A stretch of 63,155 nt of DNA from Cellulomonadaceae bacterium (lineage in GTDB: Bacteria > Actinomycetota > Actinomycetes > Actinomycetales > Microbacteriaceae). The translations under genes and the position numbers were made by a program. The DNA is taken from the NCBI GenBank assembly GCA_038106075.1, contig JAYODB010000001.1, positions 1 through 63,155 of the forward strand. Reading direction: 5' to 3'. Under the pieces are notes generated by a model, which was not told where the DNA came from, did not search any database, and was given only the letters and a program-made list of their open reading frames with translations. Shown here in pieces: positions 1 to 10,216 of this stretch. The number at the start of each line of letters is the position of its first letter. Position 1 is the first letter of the stretch.

Positions 1-515
1 TAACCGGAGACAAGCGCGAACACCACATCGCGGAGCGTCCTCGTAACGCCCCGACCCGCACCGGTATCGGCGCCGCGGGTGTGACGTTCTACGGTGTGCT
101 GTGGGCGGCCGCCAGCTCTGACTTGATTGCCACCCACTTCCGCCTCTCCATTGAGGGCGTCATCACCGGCCTGCAGGTTCTCCTGATTTTGGGCCCAATT
201 GCGGCCTTCATGATCACCAAGCGAACCTGTCTAGCCCTGCAGCGCAAAGACCGCGAGATTGCCCTCCACGGCTACGAATCCGGTCGTATCGTGCGGCTGC
301 CGGGCGGACAGTACATTGAGGTTCACGAACAGATCGACGAGTACGAACGTTGGAAGCTCCTCGACTACACCGAGTACAAGCCGGTGACCGTCCGCCCGAA
401 CGACCAGGGCAAAATCACGACGGGCATCCGCCTGCGCTCTGCGATGTCGAAGTGGTTCTTCGAGGACCGCGTGTCCCCGGTCGACAACCGAGAACTAGAG
501 TCACAGAAGCACTAG
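1..515 (+). CDS. qcrB: Cytochrome bc1 complex cytochrome b subunit, 3' part (gene starts before the window)
   Basis: Frame is open from base 3: TGDKREHHIAERPRNAPTRTGIGAAGVTFYGVLWAAASSDLIATHF...HGYESGRIVRLPGGQYIEVH, the typical actinobacterial QcrB C-terminus. Convergent with the cta genes. Confidence 0.93.
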   Translation, partial: TGDKREHHIAERPRNAPTRTGIGAAGVTFYGVLWAAASSDLIATHFRLSIEGVITGLQVLLILGPIAAFMITKRTCLALQRKDREIALHGYESGRIVRLPGGQYIEVHEQIDEYERWKLLDYTEYKPVTVRPNDQGKITTGIRLRSAMSKWFFEDRVSPVDNRELESQKH

Positions 516-528
516 TTCACCCGCTGTT

Positions 529-564
529 CGAAGAAACCCTGGCTACAGAGTCAGGGTTTCTTCG
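529..564. terminator. 16-bp hairpin, probable bidirectional intrinsic terminator between convergent qcr and cta transcripts
   Basis: CGAAGAAACCCTGGCT-ACAG-AGTCAGGGTTTCTTCG, with one G-U pair. Begins 14 nt after the qcrB stop. Confidence 0.75.
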
Positions 565-949
565 TATCTCGGCGTGAAAACCTTCACCCCGGTGGCCTCT
601 TCCACGCCTGGCGCCAGTTCATCGCGCTCGTCATTCTCGCCATGGATGAGCACGATTCGTTTGGGAGCAACCTCGGCGGTGCGTAGCCAGCCCACCACAT
701 CGTTTCGATCGGCGTGGACGGAAAAGAAACCAAGGTCGTGAATCTCGACCCGCACGGAGACGTCATCGCCGTGTATCCGAAGCTGTGTGGCGCCATCGCG
801 CAGTTGCGCTGCCGAAGCTCTCGTGAGCCCTGGAACAGTCCACTCTCCAGGAGGATCTGCGAGGAACCGTACTCAATGAGGTAGCGGCTCCCCGTCACGG
901 TGTCGGCCGCGCCAAAGAACGTAATTTGAGGGCGGTCGACCGAGCGCAC
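543..949 (-). pseudogene. Internally deleted, frameshifted MBL-fold/beta-CASP ribonuclease relic
   Basis: N-terminus ITFFGAADTVTGSRYLIE...LLESGLFQGSRELRQRN is joined out of frame at ~801-803 to the C-terminal segment LRDGATQLRIHGDDVSVRVEI...FSVHADRNDVVGWL...IVLIHGE. The HxHxDH core and beta-CASP domain are missing. Confidence 0.85.
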
Positions 950-1384
950 CTAGAAGAGCCTCCGCATGTATTCCGCCTGCTGACTGTAGCCGAGGCGGTC
1001 GTAGAAGCCTCCAGCGCGCCGTGACGCAACGGTGAGCTGAGTGACGCCCTGGCGCTCGCATTCGGCTTCGACTGCGCGCACGAGCGCTGTGCCGACGCCT
1101 GAGACACGGGCTTCGTCGTCCACCACAATCTCTTGCAACTGGGCTGAGGGGCCGTTTGAGTACAACAAAGGAGACACGGTAGTGAGGCAGTAGCCCACCA
1201 CCTCTCCCCCGGCCTCAGCAACGAAGGCAACAGAACGACCTTCATCACCGATTACGAAAGCAAAGGATTCAGAAAATTTCGCAGGATCCACGTCGAAGAC
1301 ATGGCCAAGCTTTTTCACGAGCTCGAGGACGCGGTCGTGGTCTGCCTCGGTGGCGGGACGGACGTGGACCTCGTTAGCGGCCAA
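950..1384 (-). CDS. GNAT family N-acetyltransferase
   Basis: VRPATEAD...VAEAGGEVVGY...LQEIVVDDEARVSGVGTALV...GFYDRLGY motifs. Likely TTG start at 1384 overlapping the ctaF stop; the ORF-track start at 1456 lies well inside ctaF. Confidence 0.85.
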   Translation of the reverse strand: MAANEVHVRPATEADHDRVLELVKKLGHVFDVDPAKFSESFAFVIGDEGRSVAFVAEAGGEVVGYCLTTVSPLLYSNGPSAQLQEIVVDDEARVSGVGTALVRAVEAECERQGVTQLTVASRRAGGFYDRLGYSQQAEYMRRLF

Positions 1385-1790
1385 AGTAACCCCGGTAATA
1401 CTCGTAGGTCCAGCCCACGATGCCGATGAGGACCAGAGGGAGCGCATAGAGCGCAACCCAGATGCCTACTGAGAAGCCCACCATCGCCAACGCCGCGCCT
1501 CCAGCGAGGAAAACCGGCCACCAGCTCCACGGGCTATAGAACCCCAGCTCGGGGTCACCGTCGTCGATTTCGGCATCCAGACGGTCCTCCGGGAGTACTC
1601 CCCCGGCGTTGCGCTGAACCACCTGGAGGAAAAATGCGATGAAGACCGTCAATCCGCCGCTCAGCGCAATCGCCAGAGTGCCCACCCATTCGATGTGGCC
1701 TTTGTCGATGACTGACCAAACAGAGTAAACGGCAGCCAAAATAAAGAAGTAGACGGTCATCACCCCGAGGACTGTGATGTTGGTCTTCAC
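1374..1790 (-). CDS. ctaF: Cytochrome c oxidase subunit 4 (actinobacterial)
   Basis: PEDRLDAEIDDGDPELGFYSPWSWWP and WTYEYYRG motifs. Directly follows ctaD. Confidence 0.93.
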   Translation of the reverse strand: MKTNITVLGVMTVYFFILAAVYSVWSVIDKGHIEWVGTLAIALSGGLTVFIAFFLQVVQRNAGGVLPEDRLDAEIDDGDPELGFYSPWSWWPVFLAGGAALAMVGFSVGIWVALYALPLVLIGIVGWTYEYYRGYFGR

Positions 1791-1792
1791 GG

Positions 1793-3502
1793 TTAGGCCT
1801 CCGTCTTTGCCGGCTTGCGGGAATTACCCACCGCGAGCGGCAGGTCGAGCTCGGGGTGGTTCAGGTCGAACGCCGGGGATTCTGAACGGATGCGGGGAAT
1901 CGACGTGAAGTTGTGACGCGGAGGCGGGCAGCTCGTCGCCCACTCGAGCGAGCGTCCATAACCCCAGGGGTCGTTCACGGTGACCTTCTCGCCCTTGCGG
2001 TGAGTGAGGTAGACGTTGAGGAAGAAGGGAATCATCGACAGTGCCAAGATGATCGACCCAATCGTGGAGAGCTGGTTCATCCAGGTAAAGCCGTCTTCGA
2101 CCATATAGGTCGCGTAACGACGGGGCATACCCATGACTCCCAGCCAGTGCTGGACGAGGAAGGTCATGTGGAAGCCGAGGAAAAGAATCCAGAAGTGGAT
2201 GTGGCCCAGTGATTCGTTGAGCATCTTTCCGGTGAACTTTGGCCACCAGAAATAGAAGCCCGAGAACATGGCAAACACCACAGTTCCAAATACCACGTAG
2301 TGGAAGTGCGCGACCACAAAGTACGAGTCGGACACGTGGAAGTCCAGCGGCGGTGAGGCGAGGATCACACCGGTTAGCCCACCAAACACGAAGGAGATGA
2401 GGAAGCCCAGGGCAAACACGATGGGGGTTTCGAAGGTCACAGACCCTCGCCACATGGTGCCGATCCAGTTGAAGATTTTCACGCCAGTGGGCACCGCGAT
2501 CAGCATCGTCATGAGTGCGAAGAACGGCAGCAATACAGAGCCGGTGACGTACATGTGGTGCGCCCACACCGTCATCGATAGTGCGGCGATGGCGATGGTG
2601 GCGTAGACCAAGGTCTTGTAGCCGAAAATCGGTTTACGGCTGAACACCGGGAACACTTCGGAGACGATTCCGAAGAACGGAAGCGCGATGATGTACACCT
2701 CCGGGTGGCCAAAGAACCAGAAGAGGTGCTGCCACAGGATGGCCCCGCCGTTTGCGGCGTCGTAGACGTGTGAACCGAAGACTCGGTCAGACCCCAGCGC
2801 CAGTAGCGCCGCCGCGAGGACCGGGAAGGCCAGGAGTACCAGGATCGAGGTGACCAGGGTGTTCCAGGTAAAAATCGGCATACGCCACATGGTCATCCCG
2901 GGCACACGCATCGTGATGATGGTGGTGATGAAGTTCACCGCACCGAGGATGGTTCCAAAACCGCTCAAACCAAGACCGAACACCCACAGGTTTCCACCGA
3001 GACCCGGTGTAAAGGTCTGGCTCGACAGCGGGGTGTAGGCAAACCAGCCGAAGGAGGCAGCACCCTGCGGGGTGAGGAAGCCGGAGACGGCGATAAGCGA
3101 ACCAAAACTGAAGAACCAGTAGGCAAGAGCGTTCAAACGCGGGAACGCCACATCGGGTGCCCCAATCTGCAGAGGCATCAAGACATTCGCAAAACCGGCA
3201 AACAGCGGTGTGGCAAACATCAGCAACATGATCGTGCCGTGCATGGTGAAGAGCTGGTTGTACTGCTCCTTCGTCGCGACAATTTCAAGGCCAGGGGCAA
3301 ACAGCTGAGCACGGATGACCAGAGCCATCACACCGCCGAGGAGGAAGTACAGGAACGAGGTCCAGAGGTAGAGGTAGCCGATCTTCTTGTGGTCGGTGGT
3401 GGTCAACCATTCGACGAAGAGGTTTCCCTTGCGCGCCACACGGGCATTAGAAAGCCCTTCGGGGATCTCGGTGACATTGGGGCGGGGTGCGGTCTGAGTC
3501 AT
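1793..3502 (-). CDS. ctaD: Cytochrome c oxidase (aa3) subunit I
   Basis: [24 protein letters not shown] and VVAHFHYV heme-copper motifs. Confidence 0.98.
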   Translation of the reverse strand: MTQTAPRPNVTEIPEGLSNARVARKGNLFVEWLTTTDHKKIGYLYLWTSFLYFLLGGVMALVIRAQLFAPGLEIVATKEQYNQLFTMHGTIMLLMFATPLFAGFANVLMPLQIGAPDVAFPRLNALAYWFFSFGSLIAVSGFLTPQGAASFGWFAYTPLSSQTFTPGLGGNLWVFGLGLSGFGTILGAVNFITTIITMRVPGMTMWRMPIFTWNTLVTSILVLLAFPVLAAALLALGSDRVFGSHVYDAANGGAILWQHLFWFFGHPEVYIIALPFFGIVSEVFPVFSRKPIFGYKTLVYATIAIAALSMTVWAHHMYVTGSVLLPFFALMTMLIAVPTGVKIFNWIGTMWRGSVTFETPIVFALGFLISFVFGGLTGVILASPPLDFHVSDSYFVVAHFHYVVFGTVVFAMFSGFYFWWPKFTGKMLNESLGHIHFWILFLGFHMTFLVQHWLGVMGMPRRYATYMVEDGFTWMNQLSTIGSIILALSMIPFFLNVYLTHRKGEKVTVNDPWGYGRSLEWATSCPPPRHNFTSIPRIRSESPAFDLNHPELDLPLAVGNSRKPAKTEA

Positions 3503-3504
3503 CG

Positions 3505-4365
3505 TTACTCTTCCTCTGCGCTAGCCGTGGTACCGGGCAAGTTCTGCAACACGTTGAATTCAGGTCCGAGGCGTCCCACATTGCCCTGATCGCGAAGGGC
3601 CTGCATCTGGCGCTCGAATTCAGCCTCACTCACGACATGAACCTCAAAGAGCATGAGCGAGTGGTATTCACCACAGAGCTCGGCACACTTTCCGCGGTAC
3701 ACGCCTTCCTTCTGGGGAATGAAGTACCAGTGGTTGGTGCGTGCCGGAATCATGTCCTTCTTGTAGAGAAAGTCCACAATCCAGAACGAGTGGATGACGT
3801 CGCGCGACTCAATAGTGATTTCCACCTTCTGGTTGACCGGAAGGTAAAGCTTGGGAAGGCTCGTCGCGTCGATCGGGCCCTCGGGAAGCTCTTGAGCCTG
3901 AATACCCGAGAAGTAGACGTCATCGGTCAGATAGTTGAAGTCCCAGGCCCACCGCTTGCCGTAGACCTCAATTTGAACATCGGGGTCTGGCAGGGGCTCT
4001 TCGATAATGGCCTGGTCGCGAGCGGTGAAGGCAAAAAAGCCGAGCACGAGAATCAGTGGGACGACGGTGTAGAAGGTTTCGATCGGCATGTTGTAGCGCA
4101 ACTGAGCCGGGGTGCCCGTCTGTCCTTTGCGGCGGCGATACACCACGGCGGCCCAAATAATCAGCAACCAGGTGATGATGCCCACGATGAAGAGCACAAT
4201 CCAGGAGACATTCCACAGCGTAATCACGCGGTCAACCTGGTTGGTCAGGCCGGGTTCGGTCGGCAACCAGCCGAGCATCACCTGCTCAGTGCAACCAGCG
4301 AGAACGAGAGCCAAACCGGCGAAAAGTGCCGAAACCTGTAGCGACCGCTTACGAACCCGACTCAC
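3505..4365 (-). CDS. ctaC: Cytochrome c oxidase subunit II
   Basis: Lipobox LAGC, two TM helices, DVIHSFW and CuA motif [12 protein letters not shown]. Confidence 0.96.
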   Translation of the reverse strand: MSRVRKRSLQVSALFAGLALVLAGCTEQVMLGWLPTEPGLTNQVDRVITLWNVSWIVLFIVGIITWLLIIWAAVVYRRRKGQTGTPAQLRYNMPIETFYTVVPLILVLGFFAFTARDQAIIEEPLPDPDVQIEVYGKRWAWDFNYLTDDVYFSGIQAQELPEGPIDATSLPKLYLPVNQKVEITIESRDVIHSFWIVDFLYKKDMIPARTNHWYFIPQKEGVYRGKCAELCGEYHSLMLFEVHVVSEAEFERQMQALRDQGNVGRLGPEFNVLQNLPGTTASAEEE

Positions 4366-4447
4366 GTAATGCCTTTCCTTTGCTCTCGCACGCCCATTCT
4401 ACGCGACCCCCGGAAGCGCTGTCGCACGGGGCACGCGGCAAAAAGGC

Positions 4448-4807
4448 CTAGCTGAAACTGTCTCCGCAGGCGCAACTACCCTGCGCGTTGGGATTGTCGA
4501 TGGTGAAACCCTGCTTGTGGATGGTGTCCTCGAAGTCGACCGTGGCACCGTCCAAATACGGTGTGCTCATCTTGTCGACGACGACCTCGACACCCGCGAA
4601 GTCGACCACAAGGTCGTCTTCCATCAGCCGCTCATCAAAGAACAGTTGGTAGATCAAACCAGAGCAGCCGCCCGGCTGGACAGCGACCCGAAGCCTCAGG
4701 TCGTCACGACCCTCTTGGTCAATCAGAGACTTCACTTTTGTGGCAGCAGTCTCCGTGAGGACAACCCCGTGTGCTGCAGTGTCGGTCGTCTTTTCAGCGG
4801 TCGACAT
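4448..4807 (-). CDS. erpA: Fe-S cluster insertion A-type carrier (HesB/IscA/ErpA)
   Basis: LRVAVQPGGCSGLIY and NPNAQGSCACGDSF. Confidence 0.93.
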   Translation of the reverse strand: MSTAEKTTDTAAHGVVLTETAATKVKSLIDQEGRDDLRLRVAVQPGGCSGLIYQLFFDERLMEDDLVVDFAGVEVVVDKMSTPYLDGATVDFEDTIHKQGFTIDNPNAQGSCACGDSFS

Positions 4808-4868
4808 GGTTCAATCACCTCACCCTTTCGTTACCTCAAGTGTAATCGGTCAGGGCTGAGTGAACCCC

Positions 4869-6248
4869 CTACACGCCGCGGGTCAGGCGGGCCAACAGCA
4901 GGGCTTCAGAGCGTGCCGCCCGCAGCAACATGCCAAGGTCAACAGACTCATTCGGACCGTGTGCAGCGGAGGCACGATCCTCCACCCCGGTTACCGCGAT
5001 GGCCGCGTGAGGGAAGGTCTTTTGGAGTTGCGCGATAAAAGGAATCGAACCCCCGAGACCCTGGTGGACGACGGGAGCTCCAAAACCGTCCTCGAGGGCG
5101 CTCTCTACCTCCACGATGAGCGGGTGGCCCTCGTGGTGAAGGAACCCTTCACCCTTTTCCCAATTCTCAAAACCGATGTCGACCCCGCGGGGGCAGTTCT
5201 CTCTCACATGGGCTTCGAGGGCTTCGGCGGCGTGGGAAGCAGACATCCCCGGCGGAATTCGAAGACTCACTTTGGCCCGTGCCCGCGCCAGTAGCGTGTT
5301 GGACGCTTGTTCGGGGCTCGGTGCGTCAATCCCCGTGATGGTCACCGCGGGGTCAAGCCACAGCCGTTGGTGAACTCCACCTGTACCCCACAGCTCGATA
5401 TCGGGGAGCAGCCCAGATTCTCCACGCAGCGTTTCGTCTTCGCCTCCCTCCACTTCGCTGAGCGGCCCGAGGCCCTCGATGGCCACCGATCCGTCGGCAT
5501 TCTGTAGGGAGGCGAGCAGCCGTACAAGGACAGTGAGCGCATCGGGAACGGGCCCTCCGAAGAGGCCAGAGTGAACCGAAGTCTCGAGGGTGGCAATGGA
5601 CACCGTCACTCCCACGACACCCCGAAGACTCGTCGTCAGGGCCGGAATCATCGTCGAGGGGTTATCTGAGTCTGCGACGATGATCAGGTCGGCTTCCAAA
5701 TCATCTTTATGGGCAGCGAGCAGGGCCTCGAAGGTAGGAGAGCCGCTCTCCTCTTCACCCTCGATAAACACCGTGACGCCGAGGGGCACCCCTCCCCCAC
5801 AAGCCTCGCGCAACGATTTCAGCGCCTGCAGGTGAACGGTGATTCCGGCCCCGTCGTCGGCCGCCCCTCGCCCGTAAAGCCGCCCCTCGCGCTCGGTCGG
5901 CTCAAAAGGTGGTGAATTCCACAGGGCCTCGTCTCCCGTGGGCTGGACGTCGTGGTGTGCGTAAAGCAAAACCGTGGGATAGCCCTCACTGGCGGGCGCG
6001 CGGGCAATCAGTGCAGGAGCACCACCCTGTGCGCGGACAATCTCGATCGAATCCCACTCGAACACCTCAGCGAAAAGGTCTTTCACCGTCTGCGCTGAGC
6101 GATCGAGGACGGCCCGGTCTGACCCGGGCAGCGAAAGGGAGGGAATCCGAATCAGCGACTCAAGACTGGCTCGAGCGTAAGCCTGTGAGGAGTCGACGGC
6201 AGAGAGGATGGCTTCGTCGGTCGGATGTGCCGGGAGCCTTGAGGTCAT
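4869..6248 (-). CDS. M20 family dipeptidase
   Basis: LLYAHHDVQP, GRGAADD, EGEEESGS, GGSIPF and AHGPNES. Start placed at ATG 6248 because the upstream extension overlaps the divergent gene. Confidence 0.92.
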   Translation of the reverse strand: MTSRLPAHPTDEAILSAVDSSQAYARASLESLIRIPSLSLPGSDRAVLDRSAQTVKDLFAEVFEWDSIEIVRAQGGAPALIARAPASEGYPTVLLYAHHDVQPTGDEALWNSPPFEPTEREGRLYGRGAADDGAGITVHLQALKSLREACGGGVPLGVTVFIEGEEESGSPTFEALLAAHKDDLEADLIIVADSDNPSTMIPALTTSLRGVVGVTVSIATLETSVHSGLFGGPVPDALTVLVRLLASLQNADGSVAIEGLGPLSEVEGGEDETLRGESGLLPDIELWGTGGVHQRLWLDPAVTITGIDAPSPEQASNTLLARARAKVSLRIPPGMSASHAAEALEAHVRENCPRGVDIGFENWEKGEGFLHHEGHPLIVEVESALEDGFGAPVVHQGLGGSIPFIAQLQKTFPHAAIAVTGVEDRASAAHGPNESVDLGMLLRAARSEALLLARLTRGV

Positions 6249-6283
6249 GCCGGTAATCTTAAGGCTTCCGAATTCTGAGGAGT

Positions 6284-6826
6284 GTGTCGGTGGCCGACAA
6301 GTCAGACAGTGACAAGAGCGCTGAGGGTAAGGGGCGTCCCACACCGCGACGGCGCGATCGCGAGCAGGAGTCGAAACGCCCTCTCGTTGCCAACACCGCA
6401 AAGGAGCGTCGCGCCCGTGCGCGGGAGATTCGCGAGCGTGCCCGCCTTGGCATGGCGGCGGGTGAAGAGCGTTACCTGCCCATTCGGGACAAGGGTCCCC
6501 AGAAGAAGTTCGTGCGCGACTTTGTCGACGCCAGGTGGAATTTCGGCGAGTTCCTAATTCCGATGATGTTCGCCGTGATCATCGCCACATTTATTCCCTC
6601 CGCGCAAGCACAGCTCGCGTCCATTGCGGTGTTGTGGCTGTTCTTCCTTTTCGCCGTCATCGATTCCTTCATACTCGGCTGGCAAGTGCGAAAGGCCGCC
6701 AACGCCAAGTTCGGTGAGGATCGGGTCGAAAAGGGCGTCCGCTGGTACGCCGCAATGCGCGGGCTCCAAATGCGCGGACTTCGTCTTCCCAAACCACAGG
6801 TGTCCCGGGGCGAAAAGCCCCACTAG
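6284..6826 (+). CDS. DUF3043 family membrane protein
   Basis: GKGRPTPRR...RYLPIRDKGPQKKFVRDFVDAR...RWYAAMRGLQMRGLRLPKPQVSRG. Usual position divergent from the dipeptidase. Confidence 0.9.
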   Translation: MSVADKSDSDKSAEGKGRPTPRRRDREQESKRPLVANTAKERRARAREIRERARLGMAAGEERYLPIRDKGPQKKFVRDFVDARWNFGEFLIPMMFAVIIATFIPSAQAQLASIAVLWLFFLFAVIDSFILGWQVRKAANAKFGEDRVEKGVRWYAAMRGLQMRGLRLPKPQVSRGEKPH

Positions 6827-7848
6827 GCCCGAGCGGCCAGGAGCTCTCGGTTGATGTGGTGTGCCAGGAATGGGCCACGGTACACGAACGAGGTGTAGGC
6901 CTGGACGAGTGTGGCTCCTGAACGCAGGCGCTCATCAACGTCTGCTCCTGTTTCCACGCCACCCACAGAAATCACGACAGGCCCGTCTCCCAGAGCGTCG
7001 CGCACCACTTTCAGCACATCGCGGGATCGCGAGGCGAGTGGGGCGCCAGAGAGGCCCCCGTCACCCGCGTGAGAGACCTCTGGCTTCGAGGAGCTCAGCC
7101 CCTCACGCGAGACCGATGTATTCGTCGCGATCACGCCCGCTAGTCCGTTGTCGAGCGCGACCCGAGAGACGTCTCTAATCTCGTCGTCCGGTGAATCTGG
7201 AGAAATCTTGACGAGCACGGGGACGCCCTTTGCTTCCGTCACGACGCCTTTGAGGATCGGGGTGAGCTCCCGAGGGTCTTGCAGAGCGCGCAGGCCCGGC
7301 GTATTGGGCGAGCTCACGTTGACCACGAGGTAGTCAGCCACAGCAGCAAGATGGCGCGCCGCCGCAATGTAATCATGGGCGGCATTAGCGGGATCCGTGT
7401 CGCGGTTCTTTCCGATGTTGACGCCAATGATCAGCCCGGGGGTGAGGCGACGAATGAGGCTCAGCCTCTTGGCCACCTCATCGATGCCGTCGTTGTTGAA
7501 GCCCATTCTGTTCACAAGAGCCCGGTCAGCCGGCAGTCGAAAAAGGCGTGGCCGGGGGTTTCCCGGTTGTGGCCGTGGCGTCACGGTTCCTACCTCGACG
7601 TGACCAAATCCAAGCGCGGACAGGGCGGTAACGACTTCGGCGTTCTTGTCGAATCCGGCCGCAATGCCAAAGGGTGAGGGGAAGGTGAGACCCATCGCCT
7701 CGGTCCTGAGAGAGGCATCGGGTTTCGTGATGGCGTGGAGGATGTCGCGGGTAATCGGAGTTTGGGCAACCCGAAGAACAGCCATACCAAGATGGTGGGC
7801 GACTTCAGGGTCGAGCAGCTTGAGGGCTGGGAAGAGAGCGCGATACAC
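6823..7848 (-). CDS. pyrD: Quinone-dependent dihydroorotate dehydrogenase
   Basis: AAGFDKN, NRMGFNN, NVSSPNTPGLR and GGLSG motifs. Confidence 0.96.
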   Translation of the reverse strand: MYRALFPALKLLDPEVAHHLGMAVLRVAQTPITRDILHAITKPDASLRTEAMGLTFPSPFGIAAGFDKNAEVVTALSALGFGHVEVGTVTPRPQPGNPRPRLFRLPADRALVNRMGFNNDGIDEVAKRLSLIRRLTPGLIIGVNIGKNRDTDPANAAHDYIAAARHLAAVADYLVVNVSSPNTPGLRALQDPRELTPILKGVVTEAKGVPVLVKISPDSPDDEIRDVSRVALDNGLAGVIATNTSVSREGLSSSKPEVSHAGDGGLSGAPLASRSRDVLKVVRDALGDGPVVISVGGVETGADVDERLRSGATLVQAYTSFVYRGPFLAHHINRELLAARA

Positions 7849-8319
7849 CTATGCGTCACTCTCGCTCGCGGGCGGAGCCTCAGCTCGCAAACGGTCAATG
7901 GCCTGTTCAAAGTCGTCCAGACTCTCAAACGCTTGATAAACAGACGCAAACCGAAGGTATGCCACCTCATCGAGTTCCCTCAGCGGCTCCAAAATGGCGA
8001 GGCCAATTTCGTTGGCGTCGACCTGCGACACACCCGTTTGTCGGATCGACTCTTCGACTCGCTGAGCGAGCTGAGCAAGATCCTGATCGGTCACCGGTCT
8101 CCCCTGGCAGGCCTTTTTCACACCCGCGGCAATCTTCTCCCGGCTAAATGGTTCGGTGACCCCGCTTCGCTTAATCACGCTCAAGCTCGCGGTCTCGAGC
8201 GTCGAGAAGCGACGACCGCATTCAGGGCACTGCCGGCGGCGGCGAATCGACACTCCGTCGTCTGAGGTCCTCGAGTCGATGACGCGGGAGTCAGGGTGGC
8301 GACAAAACGGGCAATACAC
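7849..8319 (-). CDS. nrdR: Transcriptional repressor NrdR
   Basis: MYCPFC...[16 protein letters not shown] zinc ribbon, ATP cone, [10 protein letters not shown]. Confidence 0.97.
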   Translation of the reverse strand: MYCPFCRHPDSRVIDSRTSDDGVSIRRRRQCPECGRRFSTLETASLSVIKRSGVTEPFSREKIAAGVKKACQGRPVTDQDLAQLAQRVEESIRQTGVSQVDANEIGLAILEPLRELDEVAYLRFASVYQAFESLDDFEQAIDRLRAEAPPASESDA

Positions 8320-8322
8320 GCT

Positions 8323-9639
8323 CTACTCCTCCCCCGCCTCAAATCGAGCCGTCACGGCCTCCCCGTGGGCGGGGAGGTCCTCGGCGTTCGCAAAGCGAAC
8401 GATGTCATCGGCAACCTCAGCTAGTGCCTCACGAGAGTACTCGACAATCTGTTGGGGCCGAAGAAATGTCATGGCGGAGAGCCCAGACTGAAACTTCGCC
8501 TGTCCGCCCGTTGGCAGCACGTGGTTCGATCCGGCCAGATAGTCCCCCGCACTCACCGGTGTGTAGGAGCCGAGGAAAATGGCCCCCGCGTGGGTGACCT
8601 GCGTCGCGACTTTTTCCGCCTCGGCCGTGCAAATCTCGAGGTGCTCTGGGGCAAGGGCGTCGCTCACCGCGATCGCGTCTGTGAGGGACTCCACCAGAAT
8701 GACCGCCGATTGCGGGCCCGACAGGCTGGTAGCCACACGGTCACGGTGAGCCGTCTCGGACGCTCGCTTCTCGACAATCGCCTCCACGCGCTTGGCGTAG
8801 TCAGGGTCAGTGGTCACCATTATCGCCTGAGCCATTTCGTCGTGCTCGGCTTGACTGACAAGGTCGCTGGCCACGAAGTCGGCCGGGGTTGTCCCATCCG
8901 CGATGACCACGATTTCGGTCGGGCCGGCCTCTGAGTCGATTCCCACGACTCCCTTGACCAGTCGCTTGGCGGTGGCGACATAAATGTTGCCCGGTCCGGT
9001 AATTACCGACACGGGCTCGAGGTCCGCGTCAGGGACACCGTAGGCGAGGGCGCCAATAGCCCCTGCTCCTCCGACTCGATACACCTCGGTCACGCCGAGG
9101 AGTTCTGCCGTGGCGAGAATCGTGGGGTGAATCTCGGCGTCCCACTCCGCTTGCGGAGGAGAGACAAGGACAATCTCTCCCACACCGGCCACCTGAGCGG
9201 CCACCACGTTCATCACCACACTTGAGGGGTAAACGGCCTTGCCTCCGGGGATATAGACCCCCGCCCTATCCACCGGTTGCCAGCGCTGGGTCACCACCGC
9301 ACCCGGGCCTAGTTCAGTCTCTGCCGAAGGTGGGACCTGAGCCTGGGACGCCTGCCGGACCCGGTCGATCGCAATTTCGATACTGGAACGCAACTTCGGG
9401 TCGAGCTCTTTGAGCGCCTGGCTCAGCCGCTCACGGGGCGTCCTAATTCCTCGGGGCCGGCAGCCGTCGAAACGCTCCGCTTGATCGAGCAACGCGTGTG
9501 AACCACGGGTCCTCACCTCATCGATCAGCGCGGAAACCGCGGCATCCACACTCGATTCGGCATTCGAGACGCGAGGAACATTTCGGCTGAGCCACTCGGG
9601 GCTCAACTTCTCCTGTCGCCAGTCGATGATCGAAAGCAC
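8323..9639 (-). CDS. hisD: Histidinol dehydrogenase
   Basis: YIPGGKAVYPSS, GPGNIYV, DSEAGPTE, QAEHD, APEHLE and GDYLAGSNHVLPT. Confidence 0.97.
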   Translation of the reverse strand: MLSIIDWRQEKLSPEWLSRNVPRVSNAESSVDAAVSALIDEVRTRGSHALLDQAERFDGCRPRGIRTPRERLSQALKELDPKLRSSIEIAIDRVRQASQAQVPPSAETELGPGAVVTQRWQPVDRAGVYIPGGKAVYPSSVVMNVVAAQVAGVGEIVLVSPPQAEWDAEIHPTILATAELLGVTEVYRVGGAGAIGALAYGVPDADLEPVSVITGPGNIYVATAKRLVKGVVGIDSEAGPTEIVVIADGTTPADFVASDLVSQAEHDEMAQAIMVTTDPDYAKRVEAIVEKRASETAHRDRVATSLSGPQSAVILVESLTDAIAVSDALAPEHLEICTAEAEKVATQVTHAGAIFLGSYTPVSAGDYLAGSNHVLPTGGQAKFQSGLSAMTFLRPQQIVEYSREALAEVADDIVRFANAEDLPAHGEAVTARFEAGEE

Positions 9640-9703
9640 CCTCCCATGTTAGGTGGCCTGGTGGGAGCTTCCGCCCAGCGCAGGCGGTCTACACTGGTCG
9701 ACG

Positions 9704-10216
9704 ATGAGCGCCGAATCTTCTTACACCGATGTCCCTTCCACCTCAGAACTGTTTTTTGAGGCATTCCGCCGCCACAGCTCTGGCGTCGCTATCGTCACAG
9801 CCCGCAAGAGCTCTGGGGATCCGACAGGATTCACGGCAACCTCGGTCACGAGCCTCTCAGCTGTTCCACCCCGGGCCACCTTCAACATGTCGCTGTTTGC
9901 AAGTAGCTATCCGGCGCTGAGGTCGAGCGAACACCTCCTGATTCACTTCCTCGGAACCCGCCACGTCGACCTCGCTACGCAGTTCAGCGGCGACAGCGGC
10001 TCTCGTTTCGACGGTGTTGAGCTGCTCGACGGCCCCGAAGGTTTACCGCTCATTCCGGGCGCGACGGCCTATGTAGTGGGCAAGATTGTGGCGCGCCACG
10101 AAACAGGCGACGCCGTGACGGTCGTCGTGGAGATTGTCGGTGGCGGGGTTGGTGCGAGCGATCAGGGACTGGTCTACCAGGGCAAGGCCTACCGCACCGC
10201 CGCTTCGCTCGACTGA
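9704..10216 (+). CDS. Flavin reductase family protein
   Basis: AFRRHSSGVAIVT, GFTATSVTSLS and LVYQGKAY. ATG 9704 is preceded by a TACACT -10. The 3' end overlaps the convergent dnaE by 28 nt. Confidence 0.88.
   Translation: MSAESSYTDVPSTSELFFEAFRRHSSGVAIVTARKSSGDPTGFTATSVTSLSAVPPRATFNMSLFASSYPALRSSEHLLIHFLGTRHVDLATQFSGDSGSRFDGVELLDGPEGLPLIPGATAYVVGKIVARHETGDAVTVVVEIVGGGVGASDQGLVYQGKAYRTAASLD

Noticed and set aside
584-949. 121-aa ORF as a genuine small protein
   Set aside because: Only its first ~49 residues are MBL-like. The rest is out-of-frame read-through past the deletion junction.
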